Shown: piece by piece, positions 38,700 to 50,105 of the stretch
How positions within the stretch are numbered: position 1 is the stretch's first letter
Layout: each line of letters opens with the position of its first letter
IMG/VR virus record: IMGVR_UViG_3300010213_000001
Location: 1-64,000 of that record
Length of the DNA: 64,000 nucleotides
From: a virus
Lineage: Duplodnaviria; Heunggongvirae; Uroviricota; Caudoviricetes
Reading direction: 5' to 3' (one strand)
Notes under the pieces: model-generated
Database searches by the model: none
Seen by the model: the letters and a program-made list of their open reading frames with translations, nothing else
What the model was told of the DNA's origin: nothing
Program-made: the position numbers and the translations under genes

Positions 38700-39488
38700 A
38701 TGTCACATAGTTTAATATCAAAGGTCGCAAGGACCCAAAATAAACAAATTATATTTAAGCCTGTTTATGGGCTAGGTAGATTGATCTTACAACCGCCTAT
38801 TGATGTAAGAACAAGAAGAATAATTGGAGCTTATATTCCAACTCCAGAAGAAGAAAGACACTTGGAATTCTATGTTAAACCTAATAGAGTTAGAATAATT
38901 GAACCTGGTACTACACTAGATCTTAACATTCCTGTAGATGCTATGGATTGGGGATGGATATCTAAGTCTAGAGGTATAGCTTTAACAAAAGAAGAAGCCT
39001 TAACACAGAGTGATGTTTACTTCTATGTCTATGATGAAGTAATGGAGCAGCAAAGAGAGATGGAATACCATCAAATTATGTTGAAGGCTCTTAACTACGT
39101 TAATGATTCTACAGATGGCAAATTAAAAGAAGTAGCCAGAATGTTAGATGGTAGATTAGACAGATTACCACCATATCAATTGAAGAAAGAGTTATTTGAT
39201 ATGGCTCAAGATGACAATGTTAATAATATATATAAATTAATAGGTGTTTTTGAAGATCCAGATGCTAAATTCAAGACTTTGATCCACAAGTTAGTAGATG
39301 AAGGTATTATAAGAAATACTAATGAAGTATATAGATTTGATAATATTATTGTTGGGACTAATTTTGATCAAGCAGTTGCTTTCTTACAATCTCCAGAGAA
39401 TAAGGATATAATCAAAGCTATGGATAAGAGATTATCTCCACATAGATATGATGAAGAAGGAAGACTAGATGTGACTTTTATTGACTAA
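38700..39488 (+). CDS. crAss-like conserved protein downstream of the MCP
   Basis: LDLNIPVD..DW, LIHKLVDEGII, G.NFDQAVAFL.SPEN pattern and synteny. Confidence 0.75.
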   Translation: MSHSLISKVARTQNKQIIFKPVYGLGRLILQPPIDVRTRRIIGAYIPTPEEERHLEFYVKPNRVRIIEPGTTLDLNIPVDAMDWGWISKSRGIALTKEEALTQSDVYFYVYDEVMEQQREMEYHQIMLKALNYVNDSTDGKLKEVARMLDGRLDRLPPYQLKKELFDMAQDDNVNNIYKLIGVFEDPDAKFKTLIHKLVDEGIIRNTNEVYRFDNIIVGTNFDQAVAFLQSPENKDIIKAMDKRLSPHRYDEEGRLDVTFID

Positions 39489-39525
39489 TCATATACACAT
39501 TTAAGATTATCTTATAGGTAGTAAC

Positions 39526-39554
39526 ATAGGAAGAAGGTTTCTCTTCCTATTTTT
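39526..39554 (+). terminator. Rho-independent terminator
   Basis: ATAGGAAGA-AGGTTTC-TCTTCCTAT-TTTT. Confidence 0.75.
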
Positions 39555-39591
39555 ATTTCATTATATTTACAAATATTTAAACCAATAAATT

Positions 39592-40485
39592 ATGACAGCA
39601 AAACAGGTATTAGATTATTCTTTAATAGAACAGAATAAGATAGAGAGTCCTAGTCTTGAGATAATACAATATAACTATTTCTTTAATAAAGCTATAGATA
39701 ATGTATTAAAATTGAATTACGGATACTATGATATAAATCAACTTCAAACAGACAAATTATATACTTTAAAGAAAAGAGTTACTATATTAATTGATATGAA
39801 TAATTTAGAGGGAACTGTTGTTATGGATACAGGAAATCCTTTAAACTCTTATTCAACTACTACATTACCTATTACTTTAACAGAGAGAGGAATTAAATTC
39901 CTATTACCTGATGATTATTGGCATTTGCTCTCTGCTAAGGTAGTGATGCAGCCTAAAACTAACGGAAGTTCAGGATCTTGTAATACAGGACCAGGGAGTA
40001 GAATAGAAAGAGCTCTTAAAAGGGGTACGAGCGATCTATTGGTTGCTTCTCTTAACAATGCTTATAATAGACCAGCTATATTTGGAAGGAGTGGTCCTGG
40101 TATTGTATATTATGAAATAACAGATAATCCTCAACCTCCATCACATATCCCATTTAGTAACAGTGTACCTGGAGTAAATAATGGAGAAATAGAAGTTATT
40201 ACTGGGTTAAGACATAATAACTTAGATTTCTATTCTGTAGTCTTTGATTATATAAAGGTATATGATGTTATAAATTTGACAGAAGAGCAACTCTTTTTAG
40301 ATGTTGAACCAGGAGGTCCCGACGATATATCTCAAGTCATGGAATTTACTAATTCTGTATGTAGAGATATAATTACGGAGCTATCAAAACAACTAGCAGG
40401 TAATGCTAAAGAGGCTGACAAACTACAAATAGTATCAGCTTTAGGACCTCAAGACCTATCAGCTCCAAATCAAGGAGCTCAATAG
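39592..40485 (+). CDS. Tail ring/adaptor protein
   Basis: MTAKQV...E.NKIESPSL...YNYFFNKAI, YDINQ.QTD.L and LPDDYWHLL, as in crAss-like ring proteins. Confidence 0.75.
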   Translation: MTAKQVLDYSLIEQNKIESPSLEIIQYNYFFNKAIDNVLKLNYGYYDINQLQTDKLYTLKKRVTILIDMNNLEGTVVMDTGNPLNSYSTTTLPITLTERGIKFLLPDDYWHLLSAKVVMQPKTNGSSGSCNTGPGSRIERALKRGTSDLLVASLNNAYNRPAIFGRSGPGIVYYEITDNPQPPSHIPFSNSVPGVNNGEIEVITGLRHNNLDFYSVVFDYIKVYDVINLTEEQLFLDVEPGGPDDISQVMEFTNSVCRDIITELSKQLAGNAKEADKLQIVSALGPQDLSAPNQGAQ

Positions 40486-40592
40486 AAAAATAATAAATTT
40501 AAATAATTTACTTTGTTTATAACAAAATATTATATATTTATAAATATTATCTCAAAAGTAATAGAAAATAACAATAATACATAAATTTAATT

Positions 40593-41597
40593 ATGGCGCA
40601 AATTAAAAGAAGAAAAGCATTTCTAATTAATACACCAACTGACTTTCCAGCTCAGTTTTTAGATGCTTCTAATGCTGTAGTTTCTGCAGCTACTGCTACT
40701 AAGTTCCAACTATTGGGATTCAGCCCAGTAACTGAACTAACTACAATTCATGGTGTTATAGGTTCTAGAGGTTTGGAAGGTACTAGAAATGTATTACGTT
40801 TGAACAACACTAACGTAACTGTTACTGGTCCAATTCCTGCTAACACAATTGTTAATGTATTCATTGAAGCAATTACTACTGACTATGAAGCTGAATACAA
40901 CCGTTACATGGGTCATGATGGGGCTATAGCTACTTACCAAGTACTTTTGCAAACAGGAGATACTTACGATGTATTCTTAGCTAAATTGTATAATACAATT
41001 CGTCAAGACCTATATATGAACTATAAGCAACTTGTAAGAGTAGAAGATGAAGCTACAATCACAGGCGGTGGTAATGGTACATTCGTTAATGGATTGGCAA
41101 CAAGTATTACTCAATTAGACATTATTGCTACTGATATAACATTGAAATTGAACATTGATGTAACTGGCATTGACAGACTATTAACCTCTGCTTTTGTGCA
41201 AGTTGGTGCTCCAATTGTAGTAACTCCACAGTTCAACGGAACTAACAACTATCAAGTACTAAAAGGAGAATTCCCTCAGTGGAACCGTCTTCCTTACAGC
41301 TATGATTATACAATGACTCCGTACAGAGGAAACTTGTATACTTCATTTAGATGGTCTACATTAGTGAGTCATGAGCAACTTGGTGGTGGATTTGTAACTG
41401 ATCAAGTAGTTGAATCTACTCCAGTATACGATATCTATATCAACGAAACTTGTGATACTCTTATCAATGATTTAGTAGACTTCTTCGACAGAGCAACTAC
41501 TTTATCTACTGCTAACCCAGTTAAGTATAAAGCTCCTGTATGGTATGGACCAACTAACCCTCCTACAGCAGTAGCAGCTGCTGCATTTAAGATATAA
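40593..41597 (+). CDS. Putative auxiliary capsid (decoration) protein
   Basis: 334 aa, beta-rich, own upstream AT tract and downstream hairpin; synteny with crAss-like auxiliary capsid genes. Confidence 0.6.
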   Translation: MAQIKRRKAFLINTPTDFPAQFLDASNAVVSAATATKFQLLGFSPVTELTTIHGVIGSRGLEGTRNVLRLNNTNVTVTGPIPANTIVNVFIEAITTDYEAEYNRYMGHDGAIATYQVLLQTGDTYDVFLAKLYNTIRQDLYMNYKQLVRVEDEATITGGGNGTFVNGLATSITQLDIIATDITLKLNIDVTGIDRLLTSAFVQVGAPIVVTPQFNGTNNYQVLKGEFPQWNRLPYSYDYTMTPYRGNLYTSFRWSTLVSHEQLGGGFVTDQVVESTPVYDIYINETCDTLINDLVDFFDRATTLSTANPVKYKAPVWYGPTNPPTAVAAAAFKI

Positions 41598-41654
41598 TTT
41601 TAACAATATAATTTATTGTACTGCAATTAGTTATAATTGTATAACACACATGAA

Positions 41655-41676
41655 GGCTTTGAGGAAACTCAAAGCC
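41655..41676 (+). terminator. Stem-loop after the auxiliary capsid gene
   Basis: GGCTTTGAG-GAAA-CTCAAAGCC; weak U tract. Confidence 0.55.
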
Positions 41677-41727
41677 AAATTAGTTTTAAGACAATTGTAT
41701 TAATTTATATATTTGTTAATAAAAAAT

Positions 41728-42405
41728 ATGAATAGTTTATATATAATAGCTTCAGCTATACAAAATCATATAAGTGCAGGTCTTAAGGGCACAAATAATG
41801 AACCATACTCAGTTGAACAAATAATAGATGAGATACTAGTATCTAGAGCTGCAATAATTAAAGCAGAAGAAGATAATAGTAGATTAGATTCAAGAGATTT
41901 AGTACAATCTATATCATGTATAGAATTAGATTGTGAGAATATATCATTGTGTTGTAATGTTGAAACTTATAACATGGATAGATTTAAGCATTTTAAGATG
42001 CCTAAACCAGCAGCTTATGTTTCTGAACCTATAAAATACATTGGTTTAGTTGATAGGTCAATGAGCTTTAATATAGTTAAAGGGTCCACATGGGATACAG
42101 TAGATTATAGTAAGTTTAATAAATATATTAAGCCAAAACCTAAAGTTTGGATACATCCTAATAGAGAAGATGGATTTATTATAGATCCTCCAACTGAAGA
42201 TCTAAAATACATAACTATAGACTTTATACCAGAAAATCCTACTGATCTGTATCAATATGCATGTTGCCCCATTAATAATTTTGAAGACGATGCTAAAACT
42301 ATCCCAAATTGGATGGTAGATACAATAATGAACAATGTTATTAGTAGATTTACTAAGACAATGTATTGGACAAGTGCTAAGAGAAATGATGGTACTGGAC
42401 ACTAA
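41728..42405 (+). CDS. Tail ring protein
   Basis: IASAIQN...GLKG....SVEQIIDEI...R, CIELDC and FIPENP crAss-like pattern; ATG 41728. Confidence 0.75.
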   Translation: MNSLYIIASAIQNHISAGLKGTNNEPYSVEQIIDEILVSRAAIIKAEEDNSRLDSRDLVQSISCIELDCENISLCCNVETYNMDRFKHFKMPKPAAYVSEPIKYIGLVDRSMSFNIVKGSTWDTVDYSKFNKYIKPKPKVWIHPNREDGFIIDPPTEDLKYITIDFIPENPTDLYQYACCPINNFEDDAKTIPNWMVDTIMNNVISRFTKTMYWTSAKRNDGTGH

Positions 42406-42416
42406 ACTAAAATAAT

Positions 42417-43181
42417 ATGCAAAATAATTCAACATTTGATTACAATAGTATAGATATAGTTAAATACTATATATACGAATACTTTGGAGAAGAAAATATA
42501 AGTGATTCTACTCTAGCTTTTATAGTTAAAGTAGGATTATCACTGATAGGTAGTAAGTACCAAAGTGTCTTTAAATATTCAACTAAAGTATTAAAGTCTG
42601 GTAGAGAATACTTAATACCGATACCATGTAACTTAGAAGCTATAGAAGCTATTACATTAAATAATGTCGATGAGTATACAAGATACAACCGACATGACTT
42701 GGAAGTATTTCAAGCTTCATTTATATTACCTTATATTAGCGTGGTTACAGATCAAGTATTAGATAGTGCCACTGTATATTTAACTGCTAAAGACACTAAA
42801 GAATATTTTGTTAAAGGAACATCTATTAATTTTACATTTTTAGGTGATAAAGTTCAAGTAGATAAGAGATATGAAGGCAAAGAAGTTAATATCTTATATA
42901 GAGGAACATTGTCAGATAAAGATGGACAACCACTAATAACTAATGCTGAAGCTAGAGCTTTAGCCTTCTATTGGTTTTATACTAACGAACTAAAAAAGGT
43001 AGCAACTAGGAAAGGTGGAGATGCTGGAATTTTACAGCTAGCTGCTCAACAAAAAGACGAGTGGATAAGTAAGGCTAGAATACCAGAGTTATTAACTCAA
43101 AATGAGCTAACTGCAATAAAGGATGCTGTAAAGAGAAGAAGCTTCCCAAGTTATGGAAAAACTATGAAATTTGGAATATAA
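42417..43181 (+). CDS. Tail ring/tubular protein
   Basis: IPCNLEAIEAIT, VNILYRG..SDKDGQPLI, AR.PE.LTQNE and YGK motifs. Confidence 0.75.
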   Translation: MQNNSTFDYNSIDIVKYYIYEYFGEENISDSTLAFIVKVGLSLIGSKYQSVFKYSTKVLKSGREYLIPIPCNLEAIEAITLNNVDEYTRYNRHDLEVFQASFILPYISVVTDQVLDSATVYLTAKDTKEYFVKGTSINFTFLGDKVQVDKRYEGKEVNILYRGTLSDKDGQPLITNAEARALAFYWFYTNELKKVATRKGGDAGILQLAAQQKDEWISKARIPELLTQNELTAIKDAVKRRSFPSYGKTMKFGI

Positions 43182-44170
43182 TGCAATTTTATAATACGTA
43201 TAGAAAAAACCATATTATAAATACTAGAGAACTAGCTAAAATTAGTGAAGCTGAGATCCTAATGGGAGTGCCCACATTGGTCAATGGTAAGTATAAAGAA
43301 ACTTCTATAAAAGATTTTATAGATCCAATAACTAATAAGAAGATAAGAAGACACTATAACAAGATTGATGTGGGATCAATACTGATTAACAAGTTATTTC
43401 AATTGATGATAAATGATATAATATTTAACAATACACTAATTAAGTTTCCATTAGGAGCTAAATTATATATAGATAATATGTCACAAGATGAAATAAATTT
43501 TAAAACTGCTAATAATCTATATAGTAACTGGAGCTCATACTTTAGCAATAATAACTTATTTTATATAAGGTATGAAGGTTTAACTAGAACTAAAAGAGTC
43601 TTAAGTAGAAGAGTTCAAATTGAGTATAACAGATACCATAGAGATATATTAGAAAGAGGAAATGAAGGGGAAGAGTTCGTCATAACTAAGACTAAGAAAT
43701 ATACAGACTATCTTATCACAATAATAAAAGAGTATCCATACATTGAGCCAGTTAGAATCAGATACTTCTTAAAAAATGTAATGATGAATATACCTATGTT
43801 AGTATTAGCAGGAATGGATATACATCTATCATATCCTAATATAATTACAATATTTACAAATGTTCCAAGCAAAGGACTCCAACATAACCTATCAAAAGAA
43901 AAAGAAATTAAGAAAAAGTATATTTTAAATAATCTAAAGTCTGAAAAACTACACAAATATAGAATATTAAAGAAAGATATAGATGTCATCAACTACTATG
44001 ATAACATAGTATTTGGTACTTATTTCTTATCTAAATCATCATTAGATCATTACAATAAAGACTTTAGCAATTCAATTAAATCTAGTACAGTATTGACAAG
44101 CTTTGCACAAGAGATAGTAGACAATAATTTAATTGATAATTTTATCTATATGAAGAAACTACTTAAATAA
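43181..44170 (+). CDS. Hypothetical basic protein of the tail module
   Basis: 329-aa ORF translationally coupled to the ring gene. Confidence 0.65.
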   Translation: MQFYNTYRKNHIINTRELAKISEAEILMGVPTLVNGKYKETSIKDFIDPITNKKIRRHYNKIDVGSILINKLFQLMINDIIFNNTLIKFPLGAKLYIDNMSQDEINFKTANNLYSNWSSYFSNNNLFYIRYEGLTRTKRVLSRRVQIEYNRYHRDILERGNEGEEFVITKTKKYTDYLITIIKEYPYIEPVRIRYFLKNVMMNIPMLVLAGMDIHLSYPNIITIFTNVPSKGLQHNLSKEKEIKKKYILNNLKSEKLHKYRILKKDIDVINYYDNIVFGTYFLSKSSLDHYNKDFSNSIKSSTVLTSFAQEIVDNNLIDNFIYMKKLLK

Positions 44171-44179
44171 TAACATATT

Positions 44180-47100
44180 ATGAGCACAGCAAATAATACC
44201 TTTAATAAAGGATTAAATTTAGATACTCCAAATTATCAATATCAACCAGATACACTATCTTATTGTAGAAATTGTGACTATCTAACTGGAGAGGGAAATG
44301 AAGCCATATTACAAAATATAAAAGGTAATACAAAAATAGATGGTCTAAAGGAGAATTATTTTCCTGTAGCAATTAAATCTTATGGAGGTGTTGCATATAT
44401 TGTATCTGCAGAAGTAATAAATAATACATTTACTGGTAGAGGGGAGGTTGGCTCGTTTCCTAGTCCAGATTATTCTAACCTATCTTTAGTTAATGGTAGA
44501 ACACTAAGAGGAACTATAGACTACGAAAATCCAAGATATTCTCCATTAAAGAACTACCTAGATGAAAGTTTAGAGCCTGATGATCCTATTGTATTAAATG
44601 AAGAGCTATTAATATATGGAACATCAGCTTCAGTATATAAAGACTTTAACACTAGCTTATTCAATTTTACTGAGTTTACTGAATTTGATATAGAGATCCA
44701 GCCATCATATGATGGCAGTATTAATATAATCTTTACTGATAATTATAATCCAATAAGATTAGTAAATACTAGATTTACTGCATTATCAAACAATACTGTT
44801 GAGATTAGGGATAGAATTGGACAAGCTGATACTAACTTATATAATAAATATAACTTTAATAATACACTTAACTTATTCCAAAACAGTACTAAGATAGTAA
44901 ATCTTGATCTTGATTCTATAGGATTTGGAGGAGAATTAAATTCTGGAATTTATAGGTATTATATAAAGTATGCTACACAAGATGGAAACGTAACTAATAT
45001 AATCGCTGAAAGTTTTAATGTTAATATATTTCATGGAACAACACTAGTAGATGCTAGAGGAGGAGACGACAACTTACTTAGAAATACAAGGAAGAGTGTT
45101 AGGTTGAAACTATCTAATCTAGATATGTCTTACAAAATGCTTAAAGTACAATATTCTTATTCTTATGGAGACAATAATATTGAAACAGAATTTTATGAGA
45201 TAGAAGATAGTTTTAATATAACTAATAATAGTATTACTATTCAGCATACTGGTAGAGAGAGTATTTTTCCAATAAGTAGGCAGGAATTAGGAATAGATTA
45301 TGTTACAGCATTTACAGGTAAGTCTCTAACACAAGTCAATAATAAGTTATATATAGCTAATATTAAAAGTAAACAATATAATTTAGTAGCTTTTGAAGAA
45401 TTTGCTAACAATATTAAAGTTGGACATAAACAGAAAAAAGTAGAAGTACCATTTACTTCTGCAATAGTAGATGATAACAGCATTTATAGTTCTTTATTAA
45501 CCACTAAGATAGCCAATACCAACGATAGTCTATCTATTGGATATAAGAATGGGTATCATAATCCATTTAATACTTACTACTTTGTAGGATATACCCCAGG
45601 CGAAAAATATTTGTATTCATGTAGATTTATTCTAGATGACGGTACTACAAGCCAATGCTTTCCTTTAAGAGGGATTGATAACTGGGAAAATGATAAATAT
45701 ATAACATATGGTAACGAAACACTAAATGAAGCTAATGATTATTTCAGTACTAATAATGGTGAAAACTTAAAAGGTTTATATAGATTTCCACAAAGAACTT
45801 CTAATAATTTATTTGCTCAAAGAAATGGTGATACTTCTTATTCAATAATTGATAGTGATACTAATATTGAAAGAGAAGTGGACTCTATTGGTGATGGATC
45901 ATTAACTACAGATGAATCAGCATTCATCTTTAGCGATAGTATTACAGATATTAATACTCAAACATTAGAAGATTATTACTTTAATGAGCTAAATGGCGGG
46001 TCTTCAATTATAGTAACAGAAGAAACTCTAGAAAACTATGAAAATCCAAACTATGAAAATCCAAACTCTGGAGATTTCTTCTTTGATTATTCTATATTTG
46101 ATATAAATGACTGTATATCAAATCCTGATTGTGAATTAACTCAAGAAGTGATAGATTGTATAAATGATATAAATTGTACGGTTAGCTTACTACGACACAA
46201 TTGTGAATTTATATCAACAACTGCTGGCACAGCATTCCCAGCAGGACAACTCTATGAAATATCTGGTGTTACTTGCTCTGGAGATCAATTTAACAATACA
46301 ACATCTACTATCACTTTAACATACCAGAATCAAGTAGATAGCTATGGAAATCCATTAGGAACAACTTATGATTATCAAGTAATATCTACAAAAGAGGCTC
46401 AAGCTAATATACTAGCTGTCACGTTTGAATTACCAAATACTCCTTATCCAGAAGGGACTATAGGAGTACAATTTATGAGATCTATAGAAAATAGTAAAGA
46501 TTCCATAGGGCAGGGATATATAGTAGATACGTTACCAGTTCCATCAATAGAAATATATGGTAAAGAAGAGAGAGGGAACAGATATATTGATTATATATCG
46601 GACTTTGGAGATGGAGGTATGAAACTTGTTCCTTCTATAGATTATGTATTAGAAAGTCCAGCAGTCTGGGATAGAAGAGGATTAGGACCAAATAGAAAAA
46701 AGATTAGAGAAGACGAAGGTGGTAACACAGGCTTGCAACCTGTACTATTCAATAATAAAGGTTGGAAGGCTACAGAACCGTATGAAGAGAGGACAAAATT
46801 TGCTTTTATAAGTAATGACCTATTATCAAATCCAGTTGAACTGTCTTCAACATTAATAGGAGGTAATTTTAAGTTAAAAGAGATAAGTAAGATTGGATTA
46901 TTTACTGGAGTAAGAACATCTAACAGAAGTTCAGGTAGAAACATTGGAGTTGAAGGATTTAGTGTTTATAAGACTATTACAGTAGAATCATCTACTGAAA
47001 GACTTATAAACTGTGAGTTAGATTTTGTACTAGCTGATGTTGAAGGAAGAACTCCAAATGGATTTAGTAGTAGATGTCAGTTCAGTGGTACACATAACGA

Positions 47101-50062
47101 TTTTAAGTATGAATCTTTTGTTATGTTCCCTTTAAAATTTAATTCATATATTGGAGTGTCCACTGAAGACACTATAACATTAGGAGAGTTCTCAAATAAT
47201 ACAAGTGGTGATAGATTAGGAGAGAATCTACATGTAGAGCCTAACTACGGAGGAGATGATAATCCATCATTTGGAGTTATTAGACCTGTAGCTATGCTAG
47301 TTAATCTATATAGAGATTTAGGATTTGACTTAGGCACTAATGTGGATGATTTAAACAGAATAAAATCAGATGTAAATTTAGCAGCTATATCATATACTCC
47401 TGTAACTAAAAGATTATACTGGATTAAACCTGAAGATGAGTTGGATTCAGTAGATATATTAGATGTTAGTGAAGATGGTAAAATAGTTGCGTACCAAGGA
47501 GACAACTTTGTTAGCTTAGGAATTAGACAATTATATAATAATATTTATGGTGTAAATGACGAAGCTCCAGAAAATTCATTTAGATCAGGACGTGTTGGAT
47601 ATAGTTTAACTCTTGTTAACGATAGTATTTACAATCCCTTATTCAGAACTATAGAAATACCTAATCAAGCTGAGCCAGCTTTAAACTTTTTCCCGAATCT
47701 TCTAACTACATCTCCTAATAACCTAGGTAATAAATATGCACAAGGTAACCAGTGGAGAGACTATGAAGAACTTGAATCTACTGCATTCAATTTTGGGGGA
47801 GTAAAAACTTATACAGATAGAAACTATATTACTTTAGTTGACAGAGTTCCATTCTTAAATACAGAATTTTCTACAAGAGTTATTTATAGTGAGTTACACA
47901 TTAACTCTGCAATTGAGAACGGATATAGAAACTTTCTACCTTCAGCATATAGAGACTATAGTCAAGAAATGGGAGCTATAACAGCTATTAGATCATTTCC
48001 TAATAATAACAACTATTTAGTCTTAGTTCAAGAAAATGGTATAGGGTTGGTTCCTGTTGTACAAAGAGATTTATTAGCTGATACAAGTTCCTCCACTAGT
48101 GGTAGTCTTTATTTTGATGAAGCAGGTATATTAGGAGATATAGATAAAGTTCAGCAGTTAACAAAACAATATGGATCTAAATGGTTGAACTCTATAGTAA
48201 CTACTAATACATCAATATATGGTGTAGATATAGAAAATACTAAGGTATGGAAGTTAAATCCAGGGTTGGAATTAATTTCTGATTATAAGATTCAGAGCTG
48301 GTTGAGATTAATAAAACCAACATATAGTTACAAATCTGTCAATCTATTAAATAGATATATTTATGGATACTATAACTTAGGTTCTAATTATGTTCATTTT
48401 AACTATAAAGATGTAGTATGCAGTAGTAGTGTGCAGGATGATACTCCATACGCTTGGCAAGTAGACTACTCTATTTTGGAAGAATATAATAATGGAATCT
48501 TAACAGGGCAGGAAAAACCTAATGTGATTAGTGATCCAGATTACATAGAGCCAGCCGTACTTGAGCAGATAGAGAGTCCTTGTCCCATACAAGGAGAACC
48601 TTCTTTTCCTAATAATATAGATATATATGTTGTGTGGGATACTACATCTTTTAATCCTACTTTAAAGGCTACTTTACAACAGAATGTTATAGGTCCTTGG
48701 ATACAAAACTTTAGAACTCAGTATCCACAGTGGATTGGAAATTTCCAGCAAATAGATGCGCCTAATACAACTGAAGGGGAGCAATGGTTAAGTTATGTAA
48801 ATCTTATACCAAACACTGCTACAAAAGTTGTACTAATTTGTATGATTGATGAAGCACATACTAGTTATCATAACCAAAGCGTAACGAGATGGGATAGTAT
48901 AGCAGATGCTAATAATCTATTTAATGTAGCATTATCTACAAGTGGCACAACCCAGCCAACAGCTCAATATATAACAGATTATAATAATTTTATAACCATA
49001 TACAATACCAGATTTGATTATTTTAAAGGTATGGTATATGCTATACCTAGTGCACCTAGTGTATTACCTAGATTATTTGCTAACCTCCAATTACATGCTT
49101 ATTGTGCAATAGAAGGTACAACTGTAAGTCCTGGAGAATTTGTACCATCACAGCAAGGGGACATAAGTATTATACAATCAGAGAACTTATATTCTACTAT
49201 TGGACCAGGTTTGAAGAACTTTGGATGGCAAGAGCAACATAACTTTAGTGGTCAAGCTAGTGATTTAACTCTTGAACAATTTACTGAAGATATCAATCCT
49301 TTAATAATAGAATCTCCTACAGAAGGGTTTAGTGGTTGGAAGCCTAGGGTTTCCTCTGCTACTTGTACTCCATTATATAAATTGATTTGTGTGGAGACTA
49401 CACCAGTACTAACTCAAAATATCAGCTATAGTGAAACTTTAGGTTACTGGAATAGCTTTTGGGGATTTTTTCCATCTAAAACATTTAATCTATATAATAA
49501 ACATTATTCTTTTAATGGGTCATTAACTAGTCCTATAAATGAAATATGGGAACACAATACTAATAATACAAGATGTAACTTCTATGGATACCAAGATGAA
49601 TTTGTATTTGAATTTGTTATTACTTCAGAGATACAATTCCAAAAGATATTTACAAACTTCATATTATTGTGTAATGAAGTACCTCCTATATTTATAGAAT
49701 ATACTACTGATAATGAACCTACTATAGATGATGTTAAACCTAACCCTATAAAAGAGCCTAGAGTGCAGACTATTTATCCAAGATTTAGACAAAGATATTA
49801 TAGTTCTTACAATCCGTCTAATCCTAATCCAGTTTTAAATAGAGTTATAAAATATAATGCTAAGTATAAAGAAAATCACATGTATATTCAAATAGATGAT
49901 AACAATAGAGATACTAAAGGTAGGGTACATCCTTCTCCTTTTACTAAGCTAAATAATGCTAAAATAAGAGACAAATACCTTAAAGTAAGATTTAGATATA
50001 AAGGGGATGAATATTCTATTATACAGGCTGTAATTACAGCTTATCAAATATCTTTTAGTTAA
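44180..50062 (+). CDS. Tail stabilization/muzzle protein with inserted domains
   Basis: 1960 aa; NTFNKGLNLD, LQNIKGN, GEVGSFPSPDY, YDGSINIIFTD..NPIRLVN and KIRDKYLKVRFRY crAss-like stabilization motifs. Confidence 0.85.
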   Translation: MSTANNTFNKGLNLDTPNYQYQPDTLSYCRNCDYLTGEGNEAILQNIKGNTKIDGLKENYFPVAIKSYGGVAYIVSAEVINNTFTGRGEVGSFPSPDYSNLSLVNGRTLRGTIDYENPRYSPLKNYLDESLEPDDPIVLNEELLIYGTSASVYKDFNTSLFNFTEFTEFDIEIQPSYDGSINIIFTDNYNPIRLVNTRFTALSNNTVEIRDRIGQADTNLYNKYNFNNTLNLFQNSTKIVNLDLDSIGFGGELNSGIYRYYIKYATQDGNVTNIIAESFNVNIFHGTTLVDARGGDDNLLRNTRKSVRLKLSNLDMSYKMLKVQYSYSYGDNNIETEFYEIEDSFNITNNSITIQHTGRESIFPISRQELGIDYVTAFTGKSLTQVNNKLYIANIKSKQYNLVAFEEFANNIKVGHKQKKVEVPFTSAIVDDNSIYSSLLTTKIANTNDSLSIGYKNGYHNPFNTYYFVGYTPGEKYLYSCRFILDDGTTSQCFPLRGIDNWENDKYITYGNETLNEANDYFSTNNGENLKGLYRFPQRTSNNLFAQRNGDTSYSIIDSDTNIEREVDSIGDGSLTTDESAFIFSDSITDINTQTLEDYYFNELNGGSSIIVTEETLENYENPNYENPNSGDFFFDYSIFDINDCISNPDCELTQEVIDCINDINCTVSLLRHNCEFISTTAGTAFPAGQLYEISGVTCSGDQFNNTTSTITLTYQNQVDSYGNPLGTTYDYQVISTKEAQANILAVTFELPNTPYPEGTIGVQFMRSIENSKDSIGQGYIVDTLPVPSIEIYGKEERGNRYIDYISDFGDGGMKLVPSIDYVLESPAVWDRRGLGPNRKKIREDEGGNTGLQPVLFNNKGWKATEPYEERTKFAFISNDLLSNPVELSSTLIGGNFKLKEISKIGLFTGVRTSNRSSGRNIGVEGFSVYKTITVESSTERLINCELDFVLADVEGRTPNGFSSRCQFSGTHNDFKYESFVMFPLKFNSYIGVSTEDTITLGEFSNNTSGDRLGENLHVEPNYGGDDNPSFGVIRPVAMLVNLYRDLGFDLGTNVDDLNRIKSDVNLAAISYTPVTKRLYWIKPEDELDSVDILDVSEDGKIVAYQGDNFVSLGIRQLYNNIYGVNDEAPENSFRSGRVGYSLTLVNDSIYNPLFRTIEIPNQAEPALNFFPNLLTTSPNNLGNKYAQGNQWRDYEELESTAFNFGGVKTYTDRNYITLVDRVPFLNTEFSTRVIYSELHINSAIENGYRNFLPSAYRDYSQEMGAITAIRSFPNNNNYLVLVQENGIGLVPVVQRDLLADTSSSTSGSLYFDEAGILGDIDKVQQLTKQYGSKWLNSIVTTNTSIYGVDIENTKVWKLNPGLELISDYKIQSWLRLIKPTYSYKSVNLLNRYIYGYYNLGSNYVHFNYKDVVCSSSVQDDTPYAWQVDYSILEEYNNGILTGQEKPNVISDPDYIEPAVLEQIESPCPIQGEPSFPNNIDIYVVWDTTSFNPTLKATLQQNVIGPWIQNFRTQYPQWIGNFQQIDAPNTTEGEQWLSYVNLIPNTATKVVLICMIDEAHTSYHNQSVTRWDSIADANNLFNVALSTSGTTQPTAQYITDYNNFITIYNTRFDYFKGMVYAIPSAPSVLPRLFANLQLHAYCAIEGTTVSPGEFVPSQQGDISIIQSENLYSTIGPGLKNFGWQEQHNFSGQASDLTLEQFTEDINPLIIESPTEGFSGWKPRVSSATCTPLYKLICVETTPVLTQNISYSETLGYWNSFWGFFPSKTFNLYNKHYSFNGSLTSPINEIWEHNTNNTRCNFYGYQDEFVFEFVITSEIQFQKIFTNFILLCNEVPPIFIEYTTDNEPTIDDVKPNPIKEPRVQTIYPRFRQRYYSSYNPSNPNPVLNRVIKYNAKYKENHMYIQIDDNNRDTKGRVHPSPFTKLNNAKIRDKYLKVRFRYKGDEYSIIQAVITAYQISFS

Positions 50063-50105
50063 AATAATTATATTTAATACTAAATACATTATAATAAATA
50101 TACTA

